Source: Octopus bimaculoides (Eukaryota). From it: a stretch of DNA of 64,000 nucleotides. Below the pieces are notes generated by a model. That model saw only the letters and a list, made by a program, of their open reading frames with translations. It was not told the origin of the DNA and made no database searches. Every line of letters starts with the position of its first letter. Positions within the stretch are counted from its first letter, which is position 1. The position numbers and the translations under genes were made by a program. The stretch lies in contig NC_068989.1 in the NCBI RefSeq assembly GCF_001194135.2, positions 9,920,468 to 9,984,467 on the forward strand. The letters run 5' to 3'. Below, one piece after another: positions 1 to 13,643 of the stretch.

Positions 1-39
<39 letters not shown>

Positions 40-355
40 CATACATACACATATATACATACATACATACATACATACACACACACATTCTTTCATTCTT
101 CAATTCTTTCAATTGTTGCAGTCATTTGACTGCAACCATGCTGGAGTACTGCCTTGATGGGTATTCAGTTGAACAATTTGACCCCAGGACTTATTTCTTA
201 AACCTATTACTTATTCTGTTGGTCTCTTTTCCCAAATGCTAAGTTACAGGGGCATAAACACACCAACATCGGTTGCCAAGTGGTGATGGGAGGACAAACA
301 CATACACAAAGAGACACGTAGTTTCAATGACTGAAAAAAGTAAAAGAATAAAAGA

Positions 356-424
<69 letters not shown>

Positions 425-525
425 TATATATGTATATATATATATATATACATATATATGTATATATATATATATACATATATATGTATATATATATACA
501 TATATATACATACATACATATATAA

Positions 526-564
<39 letters not shown>

Positions 565-610
565 TACATACATACATATATAAATATATATATACACACA
601 TACACACATA
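1..610. repeat. (TA)n/(CA)n/(TACA)n microsatellite fields flanking the SINE fragment
   Basis: Direct reading. These fields produce the YI/CV ORFs in the track. Confidence 0.95.
86..325 (-). mobile_element. SINE family A (tRNA head, CORE-like body), 3' half
   Basis: Matches the 3' half of the near-intact copy at 57290-57680 in reverse (gtcatttgactgc..ccatgctggag..ccccaggacttatt..aagttacagggg..aaacacacc). Confidence 0.8.
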
Positions 611-813
611 GTTATTTAATAGTCTAGATAATAACCTTATAAAATGTATTTCAAAGCCCCACTACAGTTATTGGCTACCAGACATGATCCAGCTTATTAC
701 TGGATCATATTTACATAATAATATAATACAGAAAACTCAGCAACTAACAGTTGTTACTAATGCAGAGAAACAATTGTTGTGATTTGTGAATTAAAGCTCG
801 TTCATTCCATCTC

Positions 814-885
<72 letters not shown>

Positions 886-2154
886 ACAGACATATTTTGG
901 ACTAACAATTATGAATGAAATGTTTATTCACTCGCAGGCTTATCTTTGAGTTCTTTATTCTAAGCAGTGGACAAAGTTTCTTTTCAACTTCTCACCCTCT
1001 GGAATAAATATGTGAGTGTGTTTTGTGGGTTATAATTCAAGCTACATGAAATAGCACTAATATATATTTGGTCCATATAATTAATCAAGACATTTTTTTT
1101 TATTATTATCTTTTTCCAATCTATTTTTACAGAAAAGACCAAACATAAGTTTAAATAAGACAATGAAAACTTTGCTAAAAACTAGATATTGAAAATAAAT
1201 AAAATAAATGAACGAATGAAAGTTGAACTGAAAATGTGCCATTGTTTTATTTTCACACTTCTCGTGGAATCAATCTTAACATTTTTCACATCATGTACAC
1301 ATCTAATCTGGCAAAGTTTTCAAAACATATCTGTTATAAATGTGCACTTTACTATTATTGAAGACATGACTAGATTCCTCTATTAATCATTTTCTACTCA
1401 TTTCTCAAAAATATCTTATTATTTTGTATGTATAGGATATTGGACATTTGTTGCTGTTGACTCATACTGCTTTTTAGTAAAGTAGGCATATCACTAACAC
1501 TTGTTAATTATATCCTAATCAGTATTATTGTGTTGCTCTCTTTCCGAGACAATCAAAATAATAAATGTACATTTAAAAACCAAGTAACCAAAGACCAAAA
1601 AAAAAAAAACAATGGAAAAAATAGGAAAATAAAATAACCTAGTCTGTCAATGAGTACAGTTACAGGAAACTTTTCTAGTTTATCTTTTTTTTTTTCAAAA
1701 TTTCAGAGATACTTTAAAAGTAAATACTGTTCACTGTTATTAAATATTCACACCATTATGATATTGTTTTCCGAAAGAGGGAGGAAAAAAAAAATAAGCT
1801 TTTCTAAAGTGCATAAATTTAATATTGAGAGGAGTAACTTCATCGGCAAGTTTGAAGTTATATCTCAGATGAATAAATTCTTTTTACACAAAAGTTTTAT
1901 GTTTTACATGAATAAATATTTCAAACACATTCTCAAAGATATCACGGGGAAATTGAACAAACTTGAAGCTAATGAGAGATATGGCAGCTATAACACAGTT
2001 TGAACATTTCAATAATTACTTCATATCTTTGCATGGCAAGATAATAAATATGTGAATAAATAACAGGAATGAAGTCATCTTCACCACTTTCTGGTTTACT
2101 AATCAAAACCAGGCATCATTATTCTCTTCAATGTTCAAACCATGTTTGCTTAGC

Positions 2155-2591
2155 TTCTTCTGCTTGCCTCAACTATTGGACTGTGGCCATGCTGGAGTAC
2201 TGCCTTGAAGAGTTTAGACAAACAAATCAAACCCAGTATTTTTGCTTTTTTTTTTTTAGAAGTGTGGTATTTATTCTATCAGTCTCTTTTACTGAACTGC
2301 CAAGTCATGGGCATGTGAACAAACCAACACCAGTTGTCAAACAGGTGGCGGGGGAATAAACACAAAGAAACACACACACACACACACACACACATGCACA
2401 CAATGGGCTTCTGCACAGTTTCTGTCTACCAAATCAACAAGGCATTGGTTGGGTTTTAATAGAAGACATATACCCGAGGTGATACTCAGTGGAACTGAAC
2501 CCAAAACCAGGTGGGTGAACGCAAGCTTCTTAACCACACAGCTAAGACTGCTCCTTAAGTTCTTAACCACACAACTAAGACTGCTCCTTAA
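2155..2591 (-). mobile_element. SINE family A, near full length, with 33-bp tandem duplication of its 5' end
   Basis: Tail, CA microsatellite and head (ggaactgaaccc..aagcttcttaaccacacagc) are all present. The unit ttcttaaccacacagctaagactgctccttaa occurs at 2527 and 2560. Confidence 0.85.
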
Positions 2592-3074
2592 TATTTTGTT
2601 TTAATTTTTTAAGAACATGTTCTTTAACATTTAAAAAAAAATAATAGAAGTTTCTTGTTGCTACATTACCAAACAGTACAATTATTATATATTGGCAGTT
2701 TCACTTTCACTATCAAAGCAGAGCTTACCAAGGACATATCCAATGAGCAGCAGCAGCAACAACAACACGGGAATTAAAACCAAGCATGTAAAAATTTCAA
2801 CAGAGCATAGAAATTTCAACACAACTCCAAATCTTTCCAACAGTGACAGAATTTTTTTCTTTGGAAAAAAAAAGATTTATTTATACCATTTAAATGGAGT
2901 GCTTTTTCTCTTGAGACACCGTTTAAGAGCTATGTCCCAGAATAAGCGACAACAAACACATAAGGATCAAATAACAGGGATACATTTACACAGTTGCACT
3001 GCACTTTTGTTGAACTGAAAAGACAGATGGCTGCAACCAGAACATGATTTAGCTTTAGAAATCATTCTTTTATT

Positions 3075-3285
3075 CTTTTACTTGTTTCATTCATTTAAAT
3101 GCAGTCATGCTGGAGCACCACCTTTTGTCAAACAGATCAACCCCCCCCCCCCCAGAACTCATTCTTTGTAAGCCTAGTACTTATTCTATCAATCTCTTTT
3201 GCCGAACCACTAAGTTACGGGGACGTAAACACACCAGCATTGGCTGTCAAGCAATGGTGGGGGAACAAACACAGACACACATATA
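3075..3285 (-). mobile_element. SINE family A, 3' half
   Basis: gcagtcatgctggagcacc..gtaagcctagtacttattctatc..gccgaaccactaagttacggggacgtaaacacacc. Confidence 0.85.
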
Positions 3286-3892
3286 TATAAATGTATGTGT
3301 ATATTTTCAATGTTTACAAATAACAGGGAAAAAAATAAATAGTTACCAGGGTAGCAAGGAGGAGACGCAATAGATTTGTTAAAATCTAGCAGTAACGTTT
3401 AACAGTTAAAAGGGAAGATGCGGGGGGTGGGTCTGAAACTTTGTCGAAATATTACACCGACAAAATTATTAAACTATTGCAAAACACAAAGACATAATCA
3501 AATATAAAAAAATATATTTAAAAAAACAGTAAATTCTTGTTTTTGCTCTAATAGGAATGGCCAGAAATAGCAACATTTTTAGAAAATAATAAATAAATGA
3601 ATAAACAAATAAAAATATAAATAAAATAGATAAATGTAAGATATTATGGTCTGTAATAGTGAAGAACCTGTAGTTTTATTTCAAAATAGTTATAGAAAAT
3701 ATTTTACACGATTCCTGTTATAGCACTATTTGGCTGAGAACATGTTCTTGTTAAACAGCTCATTAAATCCAACTTCAATATTATCTTCTTTCTTTATATA
3801 TCTTGTCTTGCTAGACATTGGCAACTTAAACCAATAACGCAACTAACATTGCAACCACAATCACTACAACTGATAGTACTGCTACTATTATT

Positions 3893-3965
3893 ACTACTAA
3901 TAATAATGATAATAATAATAATGATAATAATAATAATGATAATAATAATAATGATAATAATAATG
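3893..3965. repeat. (TAA)3TGA-type trinucleotide microsatellite
   Basis: Direct reading. Confidence 0.9.
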
Positions 3966-4262
3966 TGTCATTTGTTCAGAAGTCTTATGAAATAAATTCA
4001 TAAAATAAAGAAAGAAAAGCAGCTAAGAATAAAGTAAGCAGTGAAATTTCATTGGTCAAATTCAGAAAAAATATTATTATAGACATTTAGATTAATTATA
4101 ATCAATCATAATCATTATTACTATTTTGAATTAATTACATGTCCGTTGTAAAAAAAAAAAAAATGCTTCTGTATAGCAAAGCTAATGAAGATATATACAT
4201 ATATTTTTGTAATAAATTATACAACAATAACAATTCAATTATGTGTATATGTGTATGTGTGA

Positions 4263-4325
4263 GTTGCTGTATATGTGCATTGATCGTAAAGTTGCTGTAT
4301 ATGTGCATTGATCGTTAAGTTGCTG
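4263..4325. repeat. 28-bp tandem duplication (about 2.3 units)
   Basis: gttgctgtatatgtgcattgatcgt at 4263 and 4291, partial third unit at 4319. Confidence 0.9.
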
Positions 4326-4989
4326 ACTAAGTGTCATAATAAAGCATGAAGCATTGTTGCATGGTGTAGAGAACTGAATCCAAACCGCCGTTTCATGTAG
4401 GTATCTGGATGGATCCTAACAATACTCAGGGGTTTGTTAGAATGTGCTCAGATACCTTGCAAGAAATTGCTGTATGACTTCAATGTCTCTCTCCCACTAC
4501 TTTTCCACTTGCACAAACTACAGCTTATATAACTTGGGTAACAGGCTTAACAATTATACCTGAATATTTAAAGGAATTCAAATGATGATTTCTCATACAA
4601 CAGTATGAGAAGCTACTCCAAAAATATAAAATACTAGTTCCCTGTCAGATTATGAAACATTATTCTGCACCTTTCATTTGCATTGAGTACAAAGTATCTA
4701 CTTCTAGCCTGCTATAATTACCTCTGCCTTAGTGAAGTCGGAGATATTGCTTTCAGTTGTGTTTGGATTTAAATGAAACTTTCAGAGATGCTTGGCATCG
4801 TGACTAGCACAAACTTTTGAGACCACCTCGATTCTGGGAAGAGGGTATTTTCAAGTTAAAGGAAAGATGGAGACGCATTGTGCAACAAAATGGTTGATAT
4901 TTGGTTGATTAAAAATGTAATGGCAAGTATTTATTGACCTTTTTCTTTCCTTTAAAAATTGGCACGAACTTTCCGGACAACCCAATGCT

Positions 4990-5218
4990 TTAACCCTTTT
5001 GTTACCATATTTCTGTTGAGATCTTTGTGTTTCGTTCAATTAATTTTACATATAAGAAAGAATTTAGTAAGATAACTTAGTTCTCATTAAGCTAGTGTTA
5101 GGAACATAAATTGTGACTAAAATTTTGTGGAAGATTTTAATTCAGAGCTTATGGAAACAAGACATTTGTACTACAGAGCCAGAGACGGTTTCAGCTTGGT
5201 TGGTACCGAAAGGGTTAA
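4990..5218. mobile_element. piggyBac-like MITE (subfamily 1), TTAA-flanked
   Basis: Begins TTAA-CCCTTTTGTTACCA and ends TGGTACCGAAAGGG-TTAA. Imperfect TIRs with CCC/GGG ends and TTAA on both sides. Confidence 0.8.
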
Positions 5219-5644
5219 AGGATGTGAAACCACATGTAAGCACTGCATTTACTGGGAGAACAGGCAGACAGAAATTATGCAAAAATGAGTTGATGACTTA
5301 AAAACCAAACTAAATCAGCTTAGAACTATAAACTGACGCAGAGAAAGAAAGAAGTTATCAAGTTTTTTTGTTTTTTTTTCTTGTTTCTGTCTCTTGCTTT
5401 CATTCACAAATTACAACAATGTCTTAAGCAGTTAGTTTTGTATCAAAGATGCATTCGTGTATGTAGTTGTGTAAATACTTATGTACATTGTTGCTTGAGA
5501 AGTTAGCAAGACATAACACAATCAACAGCTAGAAATTTTTCATTTATGTAACCCTTGGGTAATGACTGAACATCACCCATCCTCACTCCCTACATCCACT
5601 TCATTCCCATATAATAAATATTTCTCCTCCTCTCTGTCAGTCTT

Positions 5645-5677
<33 letters not shown>

Positions 5678-6049
5678 TTTGAGAGAAAGAGAAAGAAAGA
5701 TGCAGACAGATTTATTATTATAGTTATAACAATATGACATATGACAGCAAGTCATAGAAAACACCAATACCAATTTGGTGTATTTATTAAATGAAATAAA
5801 AAGACAATGATATTGGTCCAGTGGCTACGTACTACTCTACTAACAAATCAATTCAGAAATATAGAAATCTAATGCAGAATTGTAAGGATCAATGTTGTTG
5901 ATGTTGTTGTTGTTGCCACTATGATCGTTAACATCATTATTTTATAATGATATCTCAAGTACAGGGGGATGGGGTGTAATTAATCAGCAGTGTGCTGGGA
6001 TTGCAGGAGAAGCTACAAGAAGTTCCGGTATAACGTTAGTGTTAAGTTC

Positions 6050-7620
6050 TAAGTATAGTTTATTTAATCAGTTGTGAACAATTAGGTGAGAAATAGTGAA
6101 AGAACCATATAGAAAGATACAATGATGGCTTCTTCCTGCAACGAAGATCAAATTTATATCACCTGAATTACTAAAGGCATCAAACAATGAGGAGCCACAT
6201 AAAGAGAATGTATCAAAAATATTCTTAATGTCCATAATGGCTTGTTGAGTTGCCATCACTAAAACTGCAGTTTTCAAGTCACTGATGGTAGGCGGAAGTC
6301 TCAGGTGTAAATGGTAAGCGAAGTAAATTGAAAGGCTCAACTGGGAATTGAACTTGTATCACGGATTAGTGCACCAACATTCTTCTACTGTTTGGCTCTT
6401 TTAGAGAGTTTAAATTTATAAGAATAAATGACAAAAATTAAGTCATATCAGTTCAGTTATGAGGTATTGATTGTAACTGACAGAAGAAACAAACATATGA
6501 AATTATGACAATGAGGTGATTGAAAGGTGGGCAGTTAATAAGGAGGTGACACGAGTTGGGTCAAAGGGTCAATATATAGGTCTAGAAAACATATGCCAGC
6601 TCAGAGAAACATGTGAATGATCTTGTAATAATACATGAATAATGCAAGGAGATTTAGAGCTGATTTTCTTAATAAATATCAAAAACCAATTATGTTATTT
6701 TTTTAATGAATTCCATTCATGAGAGAGGAATAGTGTCTAACCTCTGTGATCTATTGATTTAATAATTAAGAACACAATGAAAAAGCAGACAGCAACAACT
6801 AAAACAAAATAGGCATCCTTAAATAATATTAGCTTGCTATAGTGATGTAATTTCTATATAATTTCTACAATTTTAGCAGCTTATCTACCAACAATTTCAT
6901 TTACTAAAATGTCACAAATTGATCACTTCTGATATGAGCTACCAGAATAATATTTTGGTAAACGCTGGACTAAAAAAGAAATTAAAAGCCGTAATGAGCA
7001 TTCTCCTCCATAGATACTCCAAATTTTCTGTTCTATAGATAGTTGTGTAGATGGTGGATAAGAATGTCTGTCAAGAGAAAATAAATCTAGAGCATAGTAT
7101 TGTTAGGAAATATATCCTAAAATGGATGATTTTACTAGAAGAGGAATTCTTTAAACATTTTTCATAAGTACACCTGACATAGGGATCAAAACTTGAATCA
7201 CGGGCAACATTGAAACAAGTGGTCTTTTAATGAATCTCTTAATGAGACAAGTTTTAATGAAGATAATTCAGTTTATAATCAGATAATTACCTCCAATACA
7301 ATATCCTTTTAAGACTTATTTCCTGTCCCAATGTTACAGAACATAAGGGAAAGCCAAGTTGCTGATCCAAAAGGTTTCAGGGGTGAAATGATAAAATCAA
7401 GGTTGAGTTTAATTGATCAACTTTAACGAGGGAAGGTCATCCGCTGACAGCAGCAGCATGACAGAACCATCTAGTAAAGTATAATATACAGCAAGGAATG
7501 AAATGTGGAATAATAACATTCTTAGACGAGCAAGCATTGGTATGAATAAATTGAAAGAACTGGCAACTAGCAGAGAAGATGACCGAGAGAAAGTGAGAAA
7601 CAAATTTATACTAACGACAG
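6050..7620 (-). pseudogene. Highly decayed CR1-type LINE ORF2 remnant
   Basis: Scattered minus-strand motifs in the expected order (LLDGSV; YEKCLK resembling FNKCLK; HYGF resembling QYGF), broken by stops and frameshifts. Recognised by eye only. Confidence 0.35.
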
Positions 7621-8397
7621 ATTTGTTATTTGAGGGCTTCTTCTATCAGTTGTTCTGATATTAAAAGACTAAACCTTGAACCACCCATTTGTGATTTGCA
7701 AAGTATGTGTATTTATAGGAATTTACAATATTGTCTCACTTTGGCATAATAAATGCCCATACAATCATTCGATGTACACCGCCAACACTATATATTCACT
7801 GTTACTGCAGTGGAGGAATAATAAATATTAATATTTCTAATCCACATGGGCTTTACCAGATTTACAATGATTACCAATTCTTTCATATTACATTAAATAC
7901 AGAATCTTACAATACACACTCAACTGTAAATGTAGTTGAAGTATTTGCAATATGTACATGTACTAAGTTCCATTATTCCAAATATTAAGAATTGATACAT
8001 CCTTTTTTATGACGATGACGATGATGATGATAATGGCACATTCTTAGATGCCTCCGCTCTACAATAAAATCCCACTATCTTTCTAAATTACCATTGCATT
8101 ATTTCCAACTTCATGTATAAAATATTACGTTATCAGGAAGCATTTTGCGTTCTTGACTTAAAAACCCAACTTCATGACTAAAATACTTTTCCTTCCTTAT
8201 TTGTTTTGTTTTTTTTCCCCCGATTATTATTACATTCTGTAGAAAGTGTAACAATTAACGATGTCATGTAACAGTGCATTGGTAATCTTATTTAAGTGAA
8301 TAATTAATTTTCTTTCCAATTTTTCTTTAAATTCAGGGACACATTACACATTAGATTATCCACATGCATGCAACACCTGAAATTTTGTCATTCTAAT

Positions 8398-8440
8398 GCT
8401 AATAATAATAATAATAATGATAATAATATTAATAATAATG

Positions 8441-8483
<43 letters not shown>

Positions 8484-8498
8484 TAACAACAACAATAC
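8398..8498. repeat. (AAT)n/(AAC)n microsatellite
   Basis: Direct reading. Confidence 0.95.
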
Positions 8499-8962
8499 AG
8501 CTGATTAGTTTCAGTTCCCGACCAACCATGCTTGGTTATTTCTAGCCTTGCAGCAAGTTTAAAGTATTTAAGCTAATTAAAATTTCCTTAATGAACCCCC
8601 TTTTCTCGTGAATTGTGAGGCTGCAGTTTAATGAACAACTAGATTTGCCCTAAATTGTAAAAGGCACCAACAATACTTTCCATTCACATAGAAACAGTCA
8701 TATTCAACAGACACTATTTCCCCCCTTGTTCCCTTGCTTTTTCTCTTCCTTTCCGTCCTCCCGCCAATTCACAACCCCCTACACACACACACACACATTA
8801 TCACTACCATCACTATAACATTATCTCAATTTTTAAAAAAATGTCTTTTTTTTTTTTCTTCTGTTTCTTTCTTCACATATTCCTGACATCCACTTCAGCA
8901 TGTTATTCTCCCGAAACAATCCACAGAATCACTGTTTCCTCAGTAGCCCCTATTTCTCCCCC

Positions 8963-9043
8963 NNNNNNNNNNNNNNNNNNNNNNNNNNNNNNNNNNNNNN
9001 NNNNNNNNNNNNNNNNNNNNNNNNNNNNNNNNNNNNNNNNNNN
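8963..9043. other. Assembly gap
   Basis: Run of N. Confidence 1.
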
Positions 9044-10144
9044 CCCACCACAACCACTCGCTCACTCACTCACTCACTCACTCTCCCATGTTTAATTCTT
9101 TTCACCTGAAAATTATCTGCACTCCACCACCCCATCTACCCACCCCAACCACCACTTCAGTTATCAAATTTCAGTTTAATTTCTAAAAAAAAAAAAAAAA
9201 AAAAATTTTTTTTCAATTTGATTGAGACTGTCATTTGAATTATTATAATTCTTGGTCTTTCTTTAGAGTCATTTTCATTCGGTTGTGTGCCAAACAGACA
9301 AGATAATCACGATGAAGTTCAATCTTGAGAGTTAATGCTATCTGTGCTAGACGTGCATTCCTTAACAGTCTACAGTCTAGAGATTCCCACCTCGACGATG
9401 TCTAATCTTTCATACATATCTTCGATTGGCTAACTAAATTACAGGAATTATGTTCCCCTAAAATTTCTACAAGATGCATCTAACAACAATAGCATTATAT
9501 TCTATATGCATGTATGTACAATAGCTTTCATTCACTGGGTGTACACACATACAGATACAAAGATACATACATAAATACACACACACATTGCATTTGTCAA
9601 GAAATACATAATCTGTACATAAACATCGTTTTATCTGCATGAGAGTGTGTGTGTGTAGGTGTACATACGTATATAGTGATACATATGTAACTATTCCGTT
9701 CTTATACATAATAAATAAGATTGTGCATATATCCAAACACACACACACACACACACATATACACAGACATAAGCACATTTACATTTGTATGAAATCACAC
9801 ACACACACACACACAAAATATATACATATGTGTGTGTATACATATATTCAAAGATGATATATCCCTGTGTGTGGGTATTTACTTAAGCTAACATCTCACA
9901 TCTTATAACTTACAATTTCCTGCCACAAATCAATCAGGAACTCATTTTCATTTGTGGCTACTGTATGTTATGTGTATGGTTATTTTAACATTATGCTGTA
10001 TTATAAGTATTGTCTCTCATTAATCATCTATTTTTTAAGAGAATTCTATACAGAATATATATGACACCTTGCAGTGCTTTCCTATCTAGGTTTGTTTTGC
10101 TCTTTTTTTTTTTTGTTTTCTCTTGCTTTTTTTTTTTTTTTTGT

Positions 10145-10960
10145 AATGTCATGTAGTGCATTACAGTTGCTCCCTGTCATAAATGTATGGTGAGCTGCTG
10201 ACAGAGTCATGCTTCTATAGCCAACATAACAGTTGGAGTCTTGAAGTTCACAACTTTTATGTATGCAATCAAATTTCCTAAATCCCATTTGTTGTCTTTA
10301 GTTGCTTGTTCCTGGGTTTAGTAACTTGTTCCTGGTAATGGTATGCTACTGATATGGTTTTTCCTTTTTTCTTTTAATTTTAATGTGTTCCACAATATAT
10401 CATTAGTGTTGGTTTATTGTCTTGTGTAAGGCATTTTATGTTCTGTTCTTTGAAGCCTTTGATAATGTATTCTATTAGCATGCATTTGATTCATATAATA
10501 CACATTATGAGTGTGTCATGTATTCTAAATAGTGTCATGTCTGATGTATTTGTGTTAGTATTGTTCTATGGCTTGGTCTATTTAGTTTGTTGAAATACCT
10601 GTTGCTGATTAGTATTTGCTTCATTCTGTGGATTTCCTTTTCTTTTAATCTCTAATGCTTTGTTTGTTGGGGAGGGGAATCTAAATGCTCTTCCCAGTAG
10701 AGATATTACTACTGATATTTATATATGTATGGACATTTGCTGTTTCCGTTTATGCTTTTTTTTTGTGTAAATAAATATGATGTGTCTGGTATTTTCTCTT
10801 TGAATGTTTCATGCTTAGAAATAGACCCATTGCATTGCTTAACCTGTTGTACTATCATAGCTGTTCAGTTTTAAGTAAAGAATTATTTCCTAGGCCTTAC
10901 TTTTATTTCTCTATATTTTCTGACACGTCTACTATAACGAGTATATGTTTTGCATCGCTG
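10145..10960 (-). mobile_element. Penelope-like retroelement fragment (RT thumb, linker, GIY-YIG endonuclease), Naiad-like, decayed
   Basis: Minus-strand translation across frameshifts gives INGNSKCPYIYK/ISVVISLLGRAFRF, IHRMKQILISNRYFNK, VYYMNQMHAN, NIKCLTQDNKPTLMIYC and KFDCIHKSCELQDSNCYVGYRSMTLS. These are colinear with the PLE C-terminal region ending in a YIGxTxxTLS-like motif. Confidence 0.8.
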
Positions 10961-10989
10961 GTGTAATTTAAGAATGTATTTTTCATCTT

Positions 10990-11380
10990 TTACATTTATC
11001 TTTTGCTTGTTTCAGTCACTGCACTGTGGCCATGCAGGGGCACCATATTAATGAGATTTAGAGAAATAAATCAACCCCAGTACTTATTTAAAACTGGTAC
11101 TTATTCTATCAGTCTCTTCTGTCAAACCACTAAGTTACAGGGAACAGAAACAAACTGATGCCAGTTGTCGAGCAACGAGGAGGGAAACGAACATAAATGC
11201 ATGCACACACATTTGAAAGGCTTCCATACAGTTTCTCTCTACAAAATTCATTCACAAGGCCTTGGTCAGCCAAGGCTTATATAGTACAAGACACTTGACC
11301 AAGGTTCTGCACAGTGAGGCTGAACCCAAAACCACATGGTTGCAAACCAAGCTTCTTAACCACACAGCCATATCTACACC
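10990..11380 (-). mobile_element. SINE family A, near full length, diverged
   Basis: Tail and head motifs as in the other copies. Confidence 0.85.
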
Positions 11381-12336
11381 TTTAATCAACAACAATTAAT
11401 AATAGGTTAACCTATGAACAAGTGTCTAATGACTAGAGTGGTTTATGGATTTCATTGCAAATGACTTCAAACTATTACATGCATGACACACCTGTGCTGG
11501 GTCATACATGAATTTACAAGGAGCAATGACAATGCACAGGATTACACAAAACAAAATTAGACAAGAAAACATTGGTGGAAAACACATACACATTCTACAG
11601 AATTCTCCAGAAAAAATAGAAGTTTAATGGTCAAAACGATACCCTTAACAAAGCAAAATGCTTAAAATAAACACACAGACAACTAACACTAACCACCTCA
11701 CTGACGATGTAAAAACATCTAACAGTTAAACTATATACTCCTGTAGTACCACCTGCACCAATTATATTGGCTTTGCGTATTATAAAGAAAGCAGCAACAC
11801 ATGCCAACAACACTTCATTCGGAAGATATGGCTGTGAAAGTCATGAAACAGTGATGATGGATTTGGGCACTCTACTGTTCTACACAAACTACAAAGAACT
11901 TATAGAAAAATATGAAAAAGCCCTGATATAATGAAGAAATTAAAGCACAGTAGTATATCCGGTATATATATATATACATATATATATATGCACATATATA
12001 TATATATATATATACATGTATGTGTGTATGTATATATATACTGGATATATATATGTGTGTGTGTGTGTGTGCACATAAATATCAACCCACTCATAAACAC
12101 CTACAAGTATTAACATGGGTGTGCACGTGCACACATACACACACACAAATCATTAACTATGCACACATGCATATCAGCCCAGCTTATATGTGTATACGCA
12201 CCACACTGCTAATGCGCTTTTGTTACTGTGACATCGGTGTTCCACCTAAAGGTTTATTCTTATCAGAGAACGAGACAACAAGATCTATGTAAGATGTTAC
12301 TGCTAAGTTTATTGACAACAAGACAAAAAAAAAAAA

Positions 12337-12373
<37 letters not shown>

Positions 12374-12379
12374 CAGTAA

Positions 12380-12660
12380 GAAGAAGAAGCTAAAAGTAAA
12401 AAGAAGAAATGATTGGAAGAAGTGGGAAGAAAAGGAGAAGAAGAGAAGAAAAGAAAAGAAAAGAAAGAAAGAAAGAAAGAAAGAGCCGGATGAAGAGTGG
12501 ATGGGAAGGAGAAGTGGTAAGAGGAGACTGAAACAAGAAGTGGAACAAAAAGGATGGGGGGAGGGGGCAGGAAGAAAATGACAAAGGAATCAGAAGTCGA
12601 CAGAGAAAGAAGCAGGAAAGGAAAACGAAGAGGAGTAGGGAGATGCAGAAGAGGGAATGG
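12380..12660. repeat. Purine-rich low-complexity tract (GAA/GA)
   Basis: Direct reading. Confidence 0.85.
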
Positions 12661-12833
12661 AAAGTAGATGTGGATAGTGTTTAGCCCTAGGTCAGTCCTG
12701 ATTGAATAGACTTATGATCAAAGGCATTCCATCCATGACAATGTGTCTTTAAAGTGTGACACAGTGTATGGCGAGGCTGGCACACGTGCTCCCCACCCCC
12801 AAAGACATCTAGGACTGCATTAACCAATATTTC

Positions 12834-12873
<40 letters not shown>

Positions 12874-12962
12874 TGAGTGAGTGAGTGAGAGAGAGAGAGA
12901 GAGAGTGAATGTGGGGGAGAATATGTAAAATGAAGGGGGGTGTAATTTGAAGTATTTGATTG

Positions 12963-13643
12963 NNNNNNNNNNNNNNNNNNNNNNNNNNNNNNNNNNNNNN
13001 NNNNNNNNNNNNNNNNNNNNNNNNNNNNNNNNNNNNNNNNNNNNNNNNNNNNNNNNNNNNNNNNNNNNNNNNNNNNNNNNNNNNNNNNNNNNNNNNNNNN
13101 NNNNNNNNNNNNNNNNNNNNNNNNNNNNNNNNNNNNNNNNNNNNNNNNNNNNNNNNNNNNNNNNNNNNNNNNNNNNNNNNNNNNNNNNNNNNNNNNNNNN
13201 NNNNNNNNNNNNNNNNNNNNNNNNNNNNNNNNNNNNNNNNNNNNNNNNNNNNNNNNNNNNNNNNNNNNNNNNNNNNNNNNNNNNNNNNNNNNNNNNNNNN
13301 NNNNNNNNNNNNNNNNNNNNNNNNNNNNNNNNNNNNNNNNNNNNNNNNNNNNNNNNNNNNNNNNNNNNNNNNNNNNNNNNNNNNNNNNNNNNNNNNNNNN
13401 NNNNNNNNNNNNNNNNNNNNNNNNNNNNNNNNNNNNNNNNNNNNNNNNNNNNNNNNNNNNNNNNNNNNNNNNNNNNNNNNNNNNNNNNNNNNNNNNNNNN
13501 NNNNNNNNNNNNNNNNNNNNNNNNNNNNNNNNNNNNNNNNNNNNNNNNNNNNNNNNNNNNNNNNNNNNNNNNNNNNNNNNNNNNNNNNNNNNNNNNNNNN
13601 NNNNNNNNNNNNNNNNNNNNNNNNNNNNNNNNNNNNNNNNNNN
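12963..13643. other. Assembly gap
   Basis: Run of N. Confidence 1.

Noticed and set aside
239-611. Overlapping 93-122 aa ORFs
   Set aside because: Translations of TA/CA microsatellites, which lack stops by construction. The same applies to most ORFs in the track.
10145-10960. Selenocysteine-encoding Naiad
   Set aside because: The conserved Cys positions are TGT/TGC, and the stops seen look like decay.
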